Shown here: positions 1 to 10,012 of the stretch, in pieces | Layout of the letters: each line of letters opens with the position of its first letter | Position numbering within the stretch: the stretch's first letter is position 1 | Source of the DNA: an uncultured Acidobacteriota bacterium | GTDB lineage: Bacteria > Acidobacteriota > Vicinamibacteria > Vicinamibacterales > 2-12-FULL-66-21 | NCBI GenBank assembly: GCA_963804245.1 | Contig: CAWDPQ010000009.1 | Span: 657,234 to 721,233 of the forward strand | Direction of reading: 5' to 3' | DNA length: 64,000 bases | Notes under the pieces: model-generated | The model's database searches: none | The model's input: only the letters and a program-made list of their open reading frames with translations | What the model was told of the DNA's origin: nothing | Translations under genes and position numbers: made by a program

Positions 1-1
1 T

Positions 2-400
2 CAAGTGATGTTTGCCGGAACGTTCACGTTCGTGAAGAACAACCTGTTCCTGTTCCCGGCGATCACCGTTGCTTCGCTACTGCAAGTGCTGGTCGCCACC
101 TTCACCATGCTCGCGCTGTCTTCGCTGTCGAAGAGCAGCCGCTACGTCGGCATTCTCTATGCGGGGATCATCTTCTTCACCCTGGCGATTTATGGCGTCA
201 TGGTGGCGATCACGGGGTCGACGAACCTGTCCTACCTCTCGGTGACGGCGAGTCTCGCGCAGGTGATGGACGTCGTCTTTCGCATCAAACCCCGGTATGC
301 CACGCCCTGGCCCGTGTCCTTGACCGTCATCATCGGCCTGGTCGTGCTGTCGATTTCGGTCCTCGAGCGCCGCGTTCGTGGCGTTGAGGTCGTCACCTGA
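2..400 (+). CDS. ABC-2-type transporter permease, C-terminal part (gene begins upstream of window)
   Basis: ORF open to the window edge. The translation is almost all hydrophobic helices. Its stop overlaps the next ATG (TGATG at 398-402), suggesting translational coupling to the ATPase gene. Confidence 0.6.
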   Translation, partial: QVMFAGTFTFVKNNLFLFPAITVASLLQVLVATFTMLALSSLSKSSRYVGILYAGIIFFTLAIYGVMVAITGSTNLSYLSVTASLAQVMDVVFRIKPRYATPWPVSLTVIIGLVVLSISVLERRVRGVEVVT

Positions 401-1356
401 TGACTGCGACCGCTCCCGCGCCACAGGTTGCCGGCAGAGAACCGATCATTTCCGCCGACCACGTGTCCAAGTGGTACGGCCAGGTGATCGGATTGAACGA
501 CGTTTCGGTCAACGTCCCGCCTGGTGTCACCGGCCTGCTGGGACCGAACGGCGCCGGCAAATCCACGTTCATGAAGCTCATCACGGGTCAGCTGCAACCG
601 AGCAAAGGCACCGTGAAGGTCATGGGTGAACCGATCTGGCGGAATCCGAAGCTCTACTTCCACATCGGTTTCTGCCCCGAGCAGGACGCGTTCTACGACC
701 GCATGACCGGCCTGGAGTGGGTCACGGCGCTCGTCAGGCTGAATGGCCTGAGCGAGCGCGAGGCCGACGAAGCGGCCCGCCGGGCCTTGACGGCCGTCGA
801 TCTGATGGAAGCTGCGGGCAAGAAGATCGGGGCATACAGCAAGGGCATGCGGCAGCGGGTGAAGCTGGCGCAGGCCATCGTGCACGATCCCGACCTGCTG
901 ATTCTCGATGAACCGCTGGCGGGCATGGACCCGCTGGCCCGACGCCGGACCATCCGTCTCATTCGCGAGTGGGCGCGCGCCGGTAAGAGCATTCTCGTGT
1001 CGAGTCACATCCTGCACGAGATCGAGTCGATGACGGCCAACATCCTCCTGATCAACAACGGCAGGATTCTGGCTGAAGGCGACGTCCATCACATCCGCGA
1101 TCTCATCGACGAGCATCCGCACACCGTCTATGTTCGCGCGCAGGATCCTCGCGGACTGGCCCGCCAGTTTCTGGCGCGCGACGACGTGCGCAGCTTGAAG
1201 TTCGAGGAGAACGCGGTCGTCGTCGAGACGGGGAAGCCCGATCTGTTCTACGCGCGCCTGACCGAGATGGCGGCCAGTGGGGAGTTCGGAGCCATCGAAG
1301 AGGTCACGTCGCCGGACGACAATCTTCAGGCGGTCTTCCAATACCTGGTGAAGTAG
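400..1356 (+). CDS. ABC transporter ATP-binding protein
   Basis: Walker A GPNGAGKST, signature-like SKGMRQR, Walker B LLILDEP and H-loop SSH. 318 aa. Confidence 0.93.
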   Translation: MTATAPAPQVAGREPIISADHVSKWYGQVIGLNDVSVNVPPGVTGLLGPNGAGKSTFMKLITGQLQPSKGTVKVMGEPIWRNPKLYFHIGFCPEQDAFYDRMTGLEWVTALVRLNGLSEREADEAARRALTAVDLMEAAGKKIGAYSKGMRQRVKLAQAIVHDPDLLILDEPLAGMDPLARRRTIRLIREWARAGKSILVSSHILHEIESMTANILLINNGRILAEGDVHHIRDLIDEHPHTVYVRAQDPRGLARQFLARDDVRSLKFEENAVVVETGKPDLFYARLTEMAASGEFGAIEEVTSPDDNLQAVFQYLVK

Positions 1357-1360
1357 CCAC

Positions 1361-2326
1361 ATGCCTAATTCTGTTCGCCCGCTGACCGCGCCCGGATTCC
1401 TGACGTCCGCGCTGCGCGTCTTCGACCTGTCGGTCGGAGAAATGCTCTGGTCGCGCCGCACCATCTTCATGGGTCTGGTGGTCGGGGCGCCCGTGGTGAT
1501 CGCGCTCATCCTGCGCCTCGTCGTGTTCCTCGGTGCACCGATCATGGAAGAGAGCCTCACCGGCAGCTCTTCAAGGCCGGTGCTGATGACCGGACCGGCG
1601 ATCTTCGGCCTGATGATCTGGGTCTTCTATCTGCGGTTCATCGTCCCGGTGCTGGGGATTTTCTACGGCACCTCGCTCATCGCGGACGAGGTGGAAGACA
1701 AGACGATTACGTATTTGTTCACGCGCCCGATCCGCCGCGGGTCGGTGCTGCTCGGAAAGTATCTCGCGTATCTGGCCTGCACGATCTTCGTGGTCCTGCC
1801 GTCCGTCATGCTCGTGTATCTGCTGGTGGTGCCGATGCGAGGGTCGCTCGGCGCCTCCTTCCTGGACCTGGTGAAGGATTTGGCCCTGCTGGCGCTGGGG
1901 CTGGCGGTCTACGGCGCCCTGTTCGCGTTTGTCGGGGCCAAATTCAAGCGGCCTCTGCTCATCGGCCTGATTTTCATTTTTGGCTGGGAGCAAGCCGCGC
2001 TCGCGTTCCCTGGCTACCTCAAGAAGTTCACGATTGCCTATTACGTTCAGGGCCTGGTGCCGCATGCCATGCCGAATGACGGGGTCGTCGGCCTCCTCCA
2101 GGGCATCTTCCGGGAGAGCCCGAGTCTGGCCGTCAGCCTGTTCTGGCTGGCCGCCATCTGGCTCGTCTGTCTCACCCTGGCCGCCTGGGTGGTCGAACGC
2201 CGGGAATACGTGCTTGGAGCAGTAAAAACCCTGCCGGGCGCTCGGGGCTCGGCCTCGGGGGCTCGGGGTAGGCTATCCGTAGGCCCGTCCTTCAGGCCGG
2301 GCGAGCCCCGAATGGCTCGTTGCTGA
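1361..2326 (+). CDS. ABC-2-type transporter permease
   Basis: Starts 4 nt after the ATPase and has multiple hydrophobic helices. The last ~35 codons (from ~2225) read through a GGGGCTC-type array and a REP hairpin (..GARGSASGARGRLSVGPSFRPG..), so the native C-terminus is uncertain. Confidence 0.8.
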   Translation: MPNSVRPLTAPGFLTSALRVFDLSVGEMLWSRRTIFMGLVVGAPVVIALILRLVVFLGAPIMEESLTGSSSRPVLMTGPAIFGLMIWVFYLRFIVPVLGIFYGTSLIADEVEDKTITYLFTRPIRRGSVLLGKYLAYLACTIFVVLPSVMLVYLLVVPMRGSLGASFLDLVKDLALLALGLAVYGALFAFVGAKFKRPLLIGLIFIFGWEQAALAFPGYLKKFTIAYYVQGLVPHAMPNDGVVGLLQGIFRESPSLAVSLFWLAAIWLVCLTLAAWVVERREYVLGAVKTLPGARGSASGARGRLSVGPSFRPGEPRMARC

Positions 2327-2362
2327 TTCGCACACGCCCGGCCTAAAGGCCGGGCCTACGGC
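2241..2362. repeat. 7-8 bp tandem array plus inverted pair of REP-like hairpin elements
   Basis: GCTCGGG-type units at 2241-2272. CCGTAGGCCCGTCCTTCAGGCCGGGCG (2277-2303) and its near-reverse-complement CGCCCGGCCTAAAGGCCGGGCCTACGG (2336-2362). Confidence 0.8.
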
Positions 2363-2470
2363 TGGGAACGCTGGCAGGCTGTCAGCTGGTTATAAACCGT
2401 TCGGTTCCGGCCACTTCGGGAACTTTCCACGGGCTGGATCTGTATAATCCCCTTAGAGGATCAAACGCGC

Positions 2471-3448
2471 ATGACCAAGCAGACCCGTTACTTCATGGCC
2501 GGTTCGGCGGCGATTCTAGCGGCCGGGCTGTGCACCGGGCTCGTGGCGTATTACGGTGGCGGGTTCCAGGCCCTGTCGGCCTCGACCGGACCAACCGAGC
2601 TTGCCTACGTTCCCGCTGACGCTTCCGTCGTGGCCTACGCCGACGTCAGGTCCATCATGGACTCGGAGCTGCGGCAACGGCTCAAGTCGGTTCTCGGGGG
2701 AGAAGAGGGTCAGCGCGAGTTCCTTCGCGAAACCGGTATCAACATCGAGACCGACGTCGATTACGTCGTCACCTCGCTTTCTCCGAGTGCCGAGGGAGAC
2801 CTCCACGGCGGCCCGCTGGTCGTCGTCCGTGGGCGATTCAATCCCGACCATCTGCAGAGCCTCGCACGTGATCACGGTGGGCTCGTCGAGGAATATCGCG
2901 GCAAGCAGCTGGTCATGTCGCCGAACAATCAAGCGCATGCCGTGGCGTTCCTCGAACCCGGACTGGTCGCTGTCGGCGCGGCATCGTCGGTCAAGAAGTC
3001 GATCGACGCCATGATGACGGCGCAGAGCATCACCAGCAACGACGAGATGATGAACCTCGTCGGCGACATCGTCCGCAACAACAATGCGTGGGCGGTCGGT
3101 CGTTTCGACCTCATTGCCAGCCAGGCCAAACTCCCAGAACACATCGCACGACAGATTCCACCGGTGAAGTGGTTTGCAGCGGCCGGACACATCAACGGCG
3201 GCATCTCGGCGCTGGTGCGTGCGGAAGCCAAAGACGAGCAGGCGGCCGACAATCTGCGCGACGTCGTCCGCGGATTCCTGGCCCTTGGACGCCTGCAGTC
3301 GCAGGGCGATCCGCGCATCGCCGCCGTAGCCAGTTCGATGCAGCTCGAAGGCACAGGGACGACGGTTCAGTTGACGTTCTCGGTGCCGGCAGAAGTGATC
3401 GAGCTGGTGTTGCCGAAGAAACCCGAAATTGCCGCAGAGCCTCACTAA
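2471..3448 (+). CDS. hypothetical membrane-anchored/secreted protein
   Basis: ATG preceded by AGAGGA, with TATAAT at 2443-2448. N-terminal hydrophobic helix (FMAGSAAILAAGLCTGLVAYY). 325 aa; family not recognised. Confidence 0.7.
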   Translation: MTKQTRYFMAGSAAILAAGLCTGLVAYYGGGFQALSASTGPTELAYVPADASVVAYADVRSIMDSELRQRLKSVLGGEEGQREFLRETGINIETDVDYVVTSLSPSAEGDLHGGPLVVVRGRFNPDHLQSLARDHGGLVEEYRGKQLVMSPNNQAHAVAFLEPGLVAVGAASSVKKSIDAMMTAQSITSNDEMMNLVGDIVRNNNAWAVGRFDLIASQAKLPEHIARQIPPVKWFAAAGHINGGISALVRAEAKDEQAADNLRDVVRGFLALGRLQSQGDPRIAAVASSMQLEGTGTTVQLTFSVPAEVIELVLPKKPEIAAEPH

Positions 3449-3471
3449 CTGCACGCGTTCGTGAGCAGGCC

Positions 3472-3505
3472 AAGGCCGGCGTTGACACGCCGGCCTTTTT
3501 GTTTT
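3472..3505 (+). terminator. Rho-independent terminator
   Basis: AAGGCCGGCG-ttgaca-CGCCGGCCTT followed by TTTGTTTT, 24 nt after the stop of 2471..3448. Confidence 0.75.
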
Positions 3506-3601
3506 CTCCCCTCGACGTTGTACCCTTTTCCCGTTTCTTGCTTGTCTGCTTCGTTGGTGCCCTGACAAACGCCGCGTTGCCCCCGGAGGAGCTGTGGAGC
3601 T

Positions 3602-4003
3602 GTGACCGAGCTCGTCTTCTTCTATGGAACGCTGATGGCGGGTTTCGATCGAAGGCAGCGTGCGGGGATCGACGACCAGCTGAGTTTGATCGGAAGAGGA
3701 TCCATCGACGCCGCGCTCTTCGATCTCGGCCTCTATCCCGCCGCCATTCCATCGCCAGAGAGTCGCGTCTGGGGAGAGCTGTACCGGATGACGGACGTGC
3801 CCGCCGTGCTGGCAGCGCTCGACGACATCGAAGGCTATCGTGCCGACGATCCGGATCGCAGTCTCTATATCCGCAGCGAAACTGGCGTCCTGCTGCCGGA
3901 CGGTTCCAGCACGCGTGCGTGGGTGTATTTCTATAACGCGCCGCTGGGGCAGGCGCCGCGCATTCCCTCGGGCGACTATCTGCAGCACGTCAAAGCGCGG
4001 TAG
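3602..4003 (+). CDS. gamma-glutamylcyclotransferase (AIG2/GGCT-like) family protein
   Basis: N-terminal FFYGTLMAG motif typical of the GGCT fold. GTG start preceded by GGAGGAG. 133 aa. Confidence 0.8.
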   Translation: MTELVFFYGTLMAGFDRRQRAGIDDQLSLIGRGSIDAALFDLGLYPAAIPSPESRVWGELYRMTDVPAVLAALDDIEGYRADDPDRSLYIRSETGVLLPDGSSTRAWVYFYNAPLGQAPRIPSGDYLQHVKAR

Positions 4004-4059
4004 GATTTCGGGCGGCGTCCCTACACGGGGCAGCGGGATCGGCCGATACGAGCATCGAG

Positions 4060-4443
4060 ATGATCGAGGAAAACCGGGACCGGGAGCGTGTCCCGTTGGG
4101 CGGCCAGGTGACGGGCGAGGTCATGGTTTATCAGCCGGTAACCATCCTCGACATCAGCCACGGCGGCGCGCAAATCGAGACGCAATTTCCGATGCAGCTC
4201 GATTCGCTGCACGACTTCCGGCTGGCGCTCGGTCCACGCTCGGTCGTCGTGAAGGCACGCATCGCCCATTGCCACGTCGACCAGCTCACCGAGAGCTCGG
4301 CGATTTTTCGCAGCGGCGTCGAGTTCATCGAACCGTCCGACCACGTTCGTGAGGCGCTGGCTGCGTTCGTCGCCGCTCTGAAGGCGGCCAACGCGGCCGC
4401 TTCGATGGTCGACTCCAGATACGTGGATGAAGCCGGCACCTGA
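4060..4443 (+). CDS. PilZ domain protein
   Basis: Contains the RxxxR (RDRER) and DxSxxG (DISHGG) c-di-GMP-binding PilZ motifs. 127 aa. Confidence 0.75.
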   Translation: MIEENRDRERVPLGGQVTGEVMVYQPVTILDISHGGAQIETQFPMQLDSLHDFRLALGPRSVVVKARIAHCHVDQLTESSAIFRSGVEFIEPSDHVREALAAFVAALKAANAAASMVDSRYVDEAGT

Positions 4444-4452
4444 CGGCCGTTT

Positions 4453-4458
4453 TATAAT
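4453..4458 (+). promoter_or_regulatory. -10 box (TATAAT) 6 nt upstream of ATG 4465; candidate leaderless start
   Basis: TATAAT-cggcgg-ATG with no Shine-Dalgarno sequence in between. Confidence 0.5.
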
Positions 4459-4464
4459 CGGCGG

Positions 4465-5973
<1,509 letters not shown>

Positions 5974-6049
5974 AGCGCCGTAAAGCCGACGCGGGCGCTA
6001 TGTTAGACTGACCGCGTTCCCTTAAAGTCAGGCCCGCGTCCCCCCAGCC

Positions 6050-8141
6050 GTGCGGCTTGCGTGTTCTCACGTGAGCAATCTCACCATTGGTTTAGGCTAC
6101 CTGATCGTCTACCTGGCGATCGGGCAGGCGCTTGCGGCTCACCCCGTCGCACGCTCGATCTATGGTGCTGTCGGCCTGCTGCTGCCGGCGACCGCGATTG
6201 CCGTCATCATCGTCAGACGCCGACGCGAGTGGGCAGGCTGCCAGCGGCTGTTCTGGGACACCATCGCCATCGGCATGATCCTGTGGTCCATCGGTCATGC
6301 GGGATGGGCCTTCGGTGAGATCGTCCTCAGGCGCCCGACCTGGCTGCAGTGGCACACCCTCTTCAGTCTCTGTGGCGGCGCGGCCCCGCTGATCGCGCTC
6401 GTCGCCCGGCCTCATCGCGGCGTGCGCATGCACCTCGTCTCACGCACCGCGCTGGACATCGCCGGATGTGGCTTGCTGGCGGCGTTCTTCTACACCTACT
6501 TCGTGATGATTCCGAGCGTCCTGCCTGCCTCCGAGGGCAACGCGCCGGTCACGCTCCTGCTGATTGCCCAGGCATTGCGGTTCGTGATGCTCCTGGCCAT
6601 GGTTCTCACGGCCATGCGCGCACGCGGCACGGCATGGCATCGACCGCTGCTGATGCTCGCCCTCGGCGTCGCGATCGGATTCTTCCTTCGCATCGACACC
6701 AGCCTGGCGATCCTGAGCGGGGCGTATCGCAGCGGGACCTGGCGCGATCTCGCGTGGATCATTCCCTTCCTCTGCTACGCCTGGGCGGCGCTCGAGGCGC
6801 CAGCCTCTCCCGTTGAACAGGAGACGACGACACCGCAGCGAGCGCTGCCCATCGTCGCATCCGCCGTACCGGTGCTGCTCATTCCGGTCATCGGATACGG
6901 CTGGCTGCAATTCACGTCGATCGGCGACGCGGGTGATTCGATTCGGTCGCTGTTGACCAGCCTTCTGACGGTGGGCGGGCTCGGCATGCTGACGCTGCGC
7001 CTCGTCGCGCAAGGAGATGCGCTGCAGCGCTCGGACGCGAAGGCCAAGCTCCTCGCCGCCGCAACCGAGCAGACCGGCGATCTCATCCTGATCACGCGCG
7101 CCGACGCCTCGTACGAGCACGCAAACGAGGCGTTCCTTCGCGTCATGGGCTACTCGCGCGCCGAGCTTGCCGGCCAGCGTTTCACCGATCTGATCGATCG
7201 CGGCATGGAGCGCCTCTGGGATCACATCACGGCCGTCGTCAACGAACGAGGGATCTGGCGGGGCAATTTGGTGCGACGGCGGCGGGACGGCTCGACATTT
7301 CCCGCGTCGTGCACGGTTGTCGCGCTGAAGGATACGTCGAACACGGTGACCCACTTCGTCGCCGTCGAACGAGACATCACCGAGGAGCTCCAGCTGCGCG
7401 ACCAGCTCGTGCACACCGAGCGATTGTCGGCGGTCGGCGAGCTCGTCGCCGGCGTGGCGCACGAAATCAACAACCCTCTGCAGACAATCGTCGGGTGTGT
7501 CGAGCTGATGCTGGACGGTCAGAAGGATCCGCAGCTGCGACGCGATCTGGATGTCGTCAGAACGGAAGCCGCGCGAGCCGGACAGATCGTGAGAAACCTG
7601 CTCGCCTTCGTCCGCCGCAGCGCGCCGGATCGGGTCTCAGTCGATCTCAATCAGATCGTCCGCGCCACCGTGGATATGCGCGAGTATCACCTGCAGCAGC
7701 GGAACATCGTGCTGACGGCGACAGTACGATCCCGGGCCGCTGCCGGTGCTGGTCAATCGCGAGGAGATCCTGCAGATCATCCTGAATCTGGTGCTGAATG
7801 CCGAACAGGCCATCGCGTCGTCCACTGGCCACGGCACCATCACGATCCGGACGTTCGTGGCCGGAAAGTATCAGTGCGTCGAGGTCAGCGATGACGGTCC
7901 TGGGATCAGCCCCGAGCTGCGAGGCCGGATCTTCGAGCCGTTCTTCAGCACCAAGGAAGTCGGCGAGGGAACCGGCCTCGGCCTGTCAATCTCGCACGGC
8001 ATCGCCAGCGCGCACGGCGGTTCGCTCGAGGTCTGCGGCGGCGGAACGGGAGCCTGCTTCAAGTTATCGCTTCCCGCACATGCTGAAGTTCAGGCCCCGT
8101 CAGAGCAAGCGGCGCACCCGCCAAACCAGCTGGTAGGGTGA
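6050..8141 (+). CDS. membrane sensor histidine kinase (multi-TM + PAS + HisKA + HATPase_c), reading frame interrupted near 7722
   Basis: ORF 6050..7894 carries the TM region, PAS and H-box (AHEINNPL) up to ..NIVLTAT. The frame of ORF 7746..8141 continues with YDPGPLPVLVNREEILQIILNLVLNAEQA, DDGPGI and GTGLGLS (N, G1, G2 boxes). The two frames join at ACA-G-TAC (7721-7727). Confidence 0.85.
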
Positions 8142-8192
8142 AAACAGTCCCCGGTTCCGAGTTTCCAGCTCCCCAGTTTTCTTGATGATCGC

Positions 8193-9119
8193 CTACATAC
8201 CTGTCTCCGGGATCTTCACGCGCGCGCCAGTACCGAACTGCCTGAAGTTGGAGTATTTCGCTCGCGTGGTGGACGAACCGTAGAATGGAGGTCTTGCTCC
8301 CAGCTTGATGGCGCCTTCGTACATCTCGAGCATCTCCGAAGGCAGCCACAGCCCGGTTTTGCTCTCCCTCTCGTAAGTGACCTCGATATCCGCCGTGCTC
8401 TTGATCTCGTCGACGCCCATAAAGCGCCGTGGCGAGGGATTCGACCCCGCGACGACATCCGAGAACCCGCGAAGCTCGAGCCGTGTCCGGACGACCGTTC
8501 CATCATCAGGAACGATCCACAGTTTTCCTGCGACCGGCACGTCGCGTCCGTCGCGCGTCCCCACCAGCGTGGGGGATTTCATCTCTTTGAAAGCGATTTC
8601 GACGGTCTCTGTCCCACCGATGCTCCTCCTCCCGGACGGGGCAAACGTGAATCGGTGCAGATTGCTCGGTTGAAAGAAGAACAGGGCGGTCGTGGGCAGG
8701 TTGAGGTTGGTAGCCACCGGCCCGATGTTGTAGCGGGCGCTTTCATTGGCGATTCGCAGGAATTCAGCGTGGCTTGGAGATGAAGATGTGAACAAGGCCA
8801 GAAGCCGATCCCGACGGCCAGTCACTTTCTTGCCGTCGACTTCGACAACATCTCTGTAGCCTGTCCAGCCACCGGTCGTTTTGACGATGGCGAATTCTGC
8901 GACTAATTGTCGCCTGGGGCCTATAGCCGATGTTGAGGTCTGCTGCGTGTACCTCTCTTCTGCGACGATGACGGACGTCCGCTCACCATAGGATGCGACG
9001 TAGTTGCCAAGTTTCTGTAACGTAGCCGCAAGGCTGCTGTCCGCATCTTGTCTATTCGCAGACAACGCAACTGTGGTCACGCAGACAGCAGTTAGGGTCC
9101 AAAGGCGATACGCGAACAC
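8193..9119 (-). CDS. hypothetical secreted protein
   Basis: N-terminal signal-like helix (LWTLTAVCVTTVALSA). 308 aa; family not recognised. Confidence 0.65.
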   Translation of the reverse strand: MFAYRLWTLTAVCVTTVALSANRQDADSSLAATLQKLGNYVASYGERTSVIVAEERYTQQTSTSAIGPRRQLVAEFAIVKTTGGWTGYRDVVEVDGKKVTGRRDRLLALFTSSSPSHAEFLRIANESARYNIGPVATNLNLPTTALFFFQPSNLHRFTFAPSGRRSIGGTETVEIAFKEMKSPTLVGTRDGRDVPVAGKLWIVPDDGTVVRTRLELRGFSDVVAGSNPSPRRFMGVDEIKSTADIEVTYERESKTGLWLPSEMLEMYEGAIKLGARPPFYGSSTTRAKYSNFRQFGTGARVKIPETGM

Positions 9120-9184
9120 GTCACCACTCTTTGTTTGTGGCAGGTTCAGACTGGTACCGCACGCTGGCAGATCCGTTCGTCCGA

Positions 9185-9934
9185 CTACTGCGTGCCCTTC
9201 TTCAGTCTGTCCTTGATGTCCTGTTTCAGCTGCGGGTGTACCTTGGCACCAGCTCGTTCAGCAGCTGTGATGGCACGGTCAGCCTCCGCGTACCGTTCGG
9301 TCTCGAGATACACCACCGCAAGATTGACTTGAGCTTCACCGGTTCTAGCGTCGGCGGCAATGGCTGCCTTGTACTCGCGTTCGGCATCGGCGAGCTTCCC
9401 AGAACGGAAGTAGGCACTGCCGAGGGCGAGCGAAACGAACGCCGGCACGTGATTCGAGATGCTTATGCTCGCGCCGCGCTGGAGATAGTCCTGCAACTGG
9501 CGGCGCTGTTCCTGCACCTGTCGCAGTCGGTCCTGCGTCCGCGCCGTCTGCGGTCCGGTCTGCATCTGACGAATCACCTCATCGAGTTCCATCAGGCGAT
9601 CCTGTCTGTACCGCTGCGCTTCCTGCTGGTTCGAAAACTGCTCGCCCGTCTGAGCCTGATAGAGATCGCGACACTCAGTGTAGGCCGCAATCGCATCGCC
9701 GTATTTTTTTTGATTCATGAGCGCGCGTCCGAGGCTGTAGTAGGCGTCCTCGAAGCGGCGATCGATTTCAATCGCTTTCCGGAACGCAGCCGCGGCTTCT
9801 TCCCACGCCTCGACCCGCATGTATTCCCAGCCGGTCCTGTACTGCGGCCGCGCACGTTCGCGATCCGGTGCCAACTGCGTCGAACCGGTGACCAATGTCA
9901 CGAGAGCCGCTGCTGCGACCGAACGCCCGAGCAT
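9185..9934 (-). CDS. TPR repeat protein, secreted
   Basis: Signal-like N-terminus, then several 34-aa TPR-like units (..AYYSLGRALMNQKKYGDAIAAY.., ..LALGSAYFRSGKLADAEREY..). Confidence 0.8.
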   Translation of the reverse strand: MLGRSVAAAALVTLVTGSTQLAPDRERARPQYRTGWEYMRVEAWEEAAAAFRKAIEIDRRFEDAYYSLGRALMNQKKYGDAIAAYTECRDLYQAQTGEQFSNQQEAQRYRQDRLMELDEVIRQMQTGPQTARTQDRLRQVQEQRRQLQDYLQRGASISISNHVPAFVSLALGSAYFRSGKLADAEREYKAAIAADARTGEAQVNLAVVYLETERYAEADRAITAAERAGAKVHPQLKQDIKDRLKKGTQ

Positions 9935-9946
9935 AAGTTTCCTTCT

Positions 9947-9985
9947 AAAAACAAAAGAGCCCCACGGGCGTGAAGCCCGTGGGGC
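9947..9985 (-). terminator. Rho-independent terminator of the TonB-dependent receptor gene
   Basis: On the minus strand: GCCCCACGGGC-ttcac-GCCCGTGGGGC followed by TCTTTTGTTTTT. It sits ~28 nt after the stop at 10013. Confidence 0.7.
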
Positions 9986-10012
9986 GCGACGTTACTGCAA
10001 ACTTCGCCCGAC

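Noticed and set aside
232-1560. Very long ORFs antisense to or overlapping clear genes. Examples: 232..1560(-), 2516..3988(-), 10874..12403(+), 26576..27946(+), 29344..30519(+), 40033..41109(-), 44810..46237(-), 46608..47864(-), 51023..52363(-).
   Set aside because: They are typical shadow ORFs of GC-rich DNA. Their translations are Arg/Pro/Gly/Ala-rich with no recognisable motifs. Each lies opposite a gene with strong family signatures.
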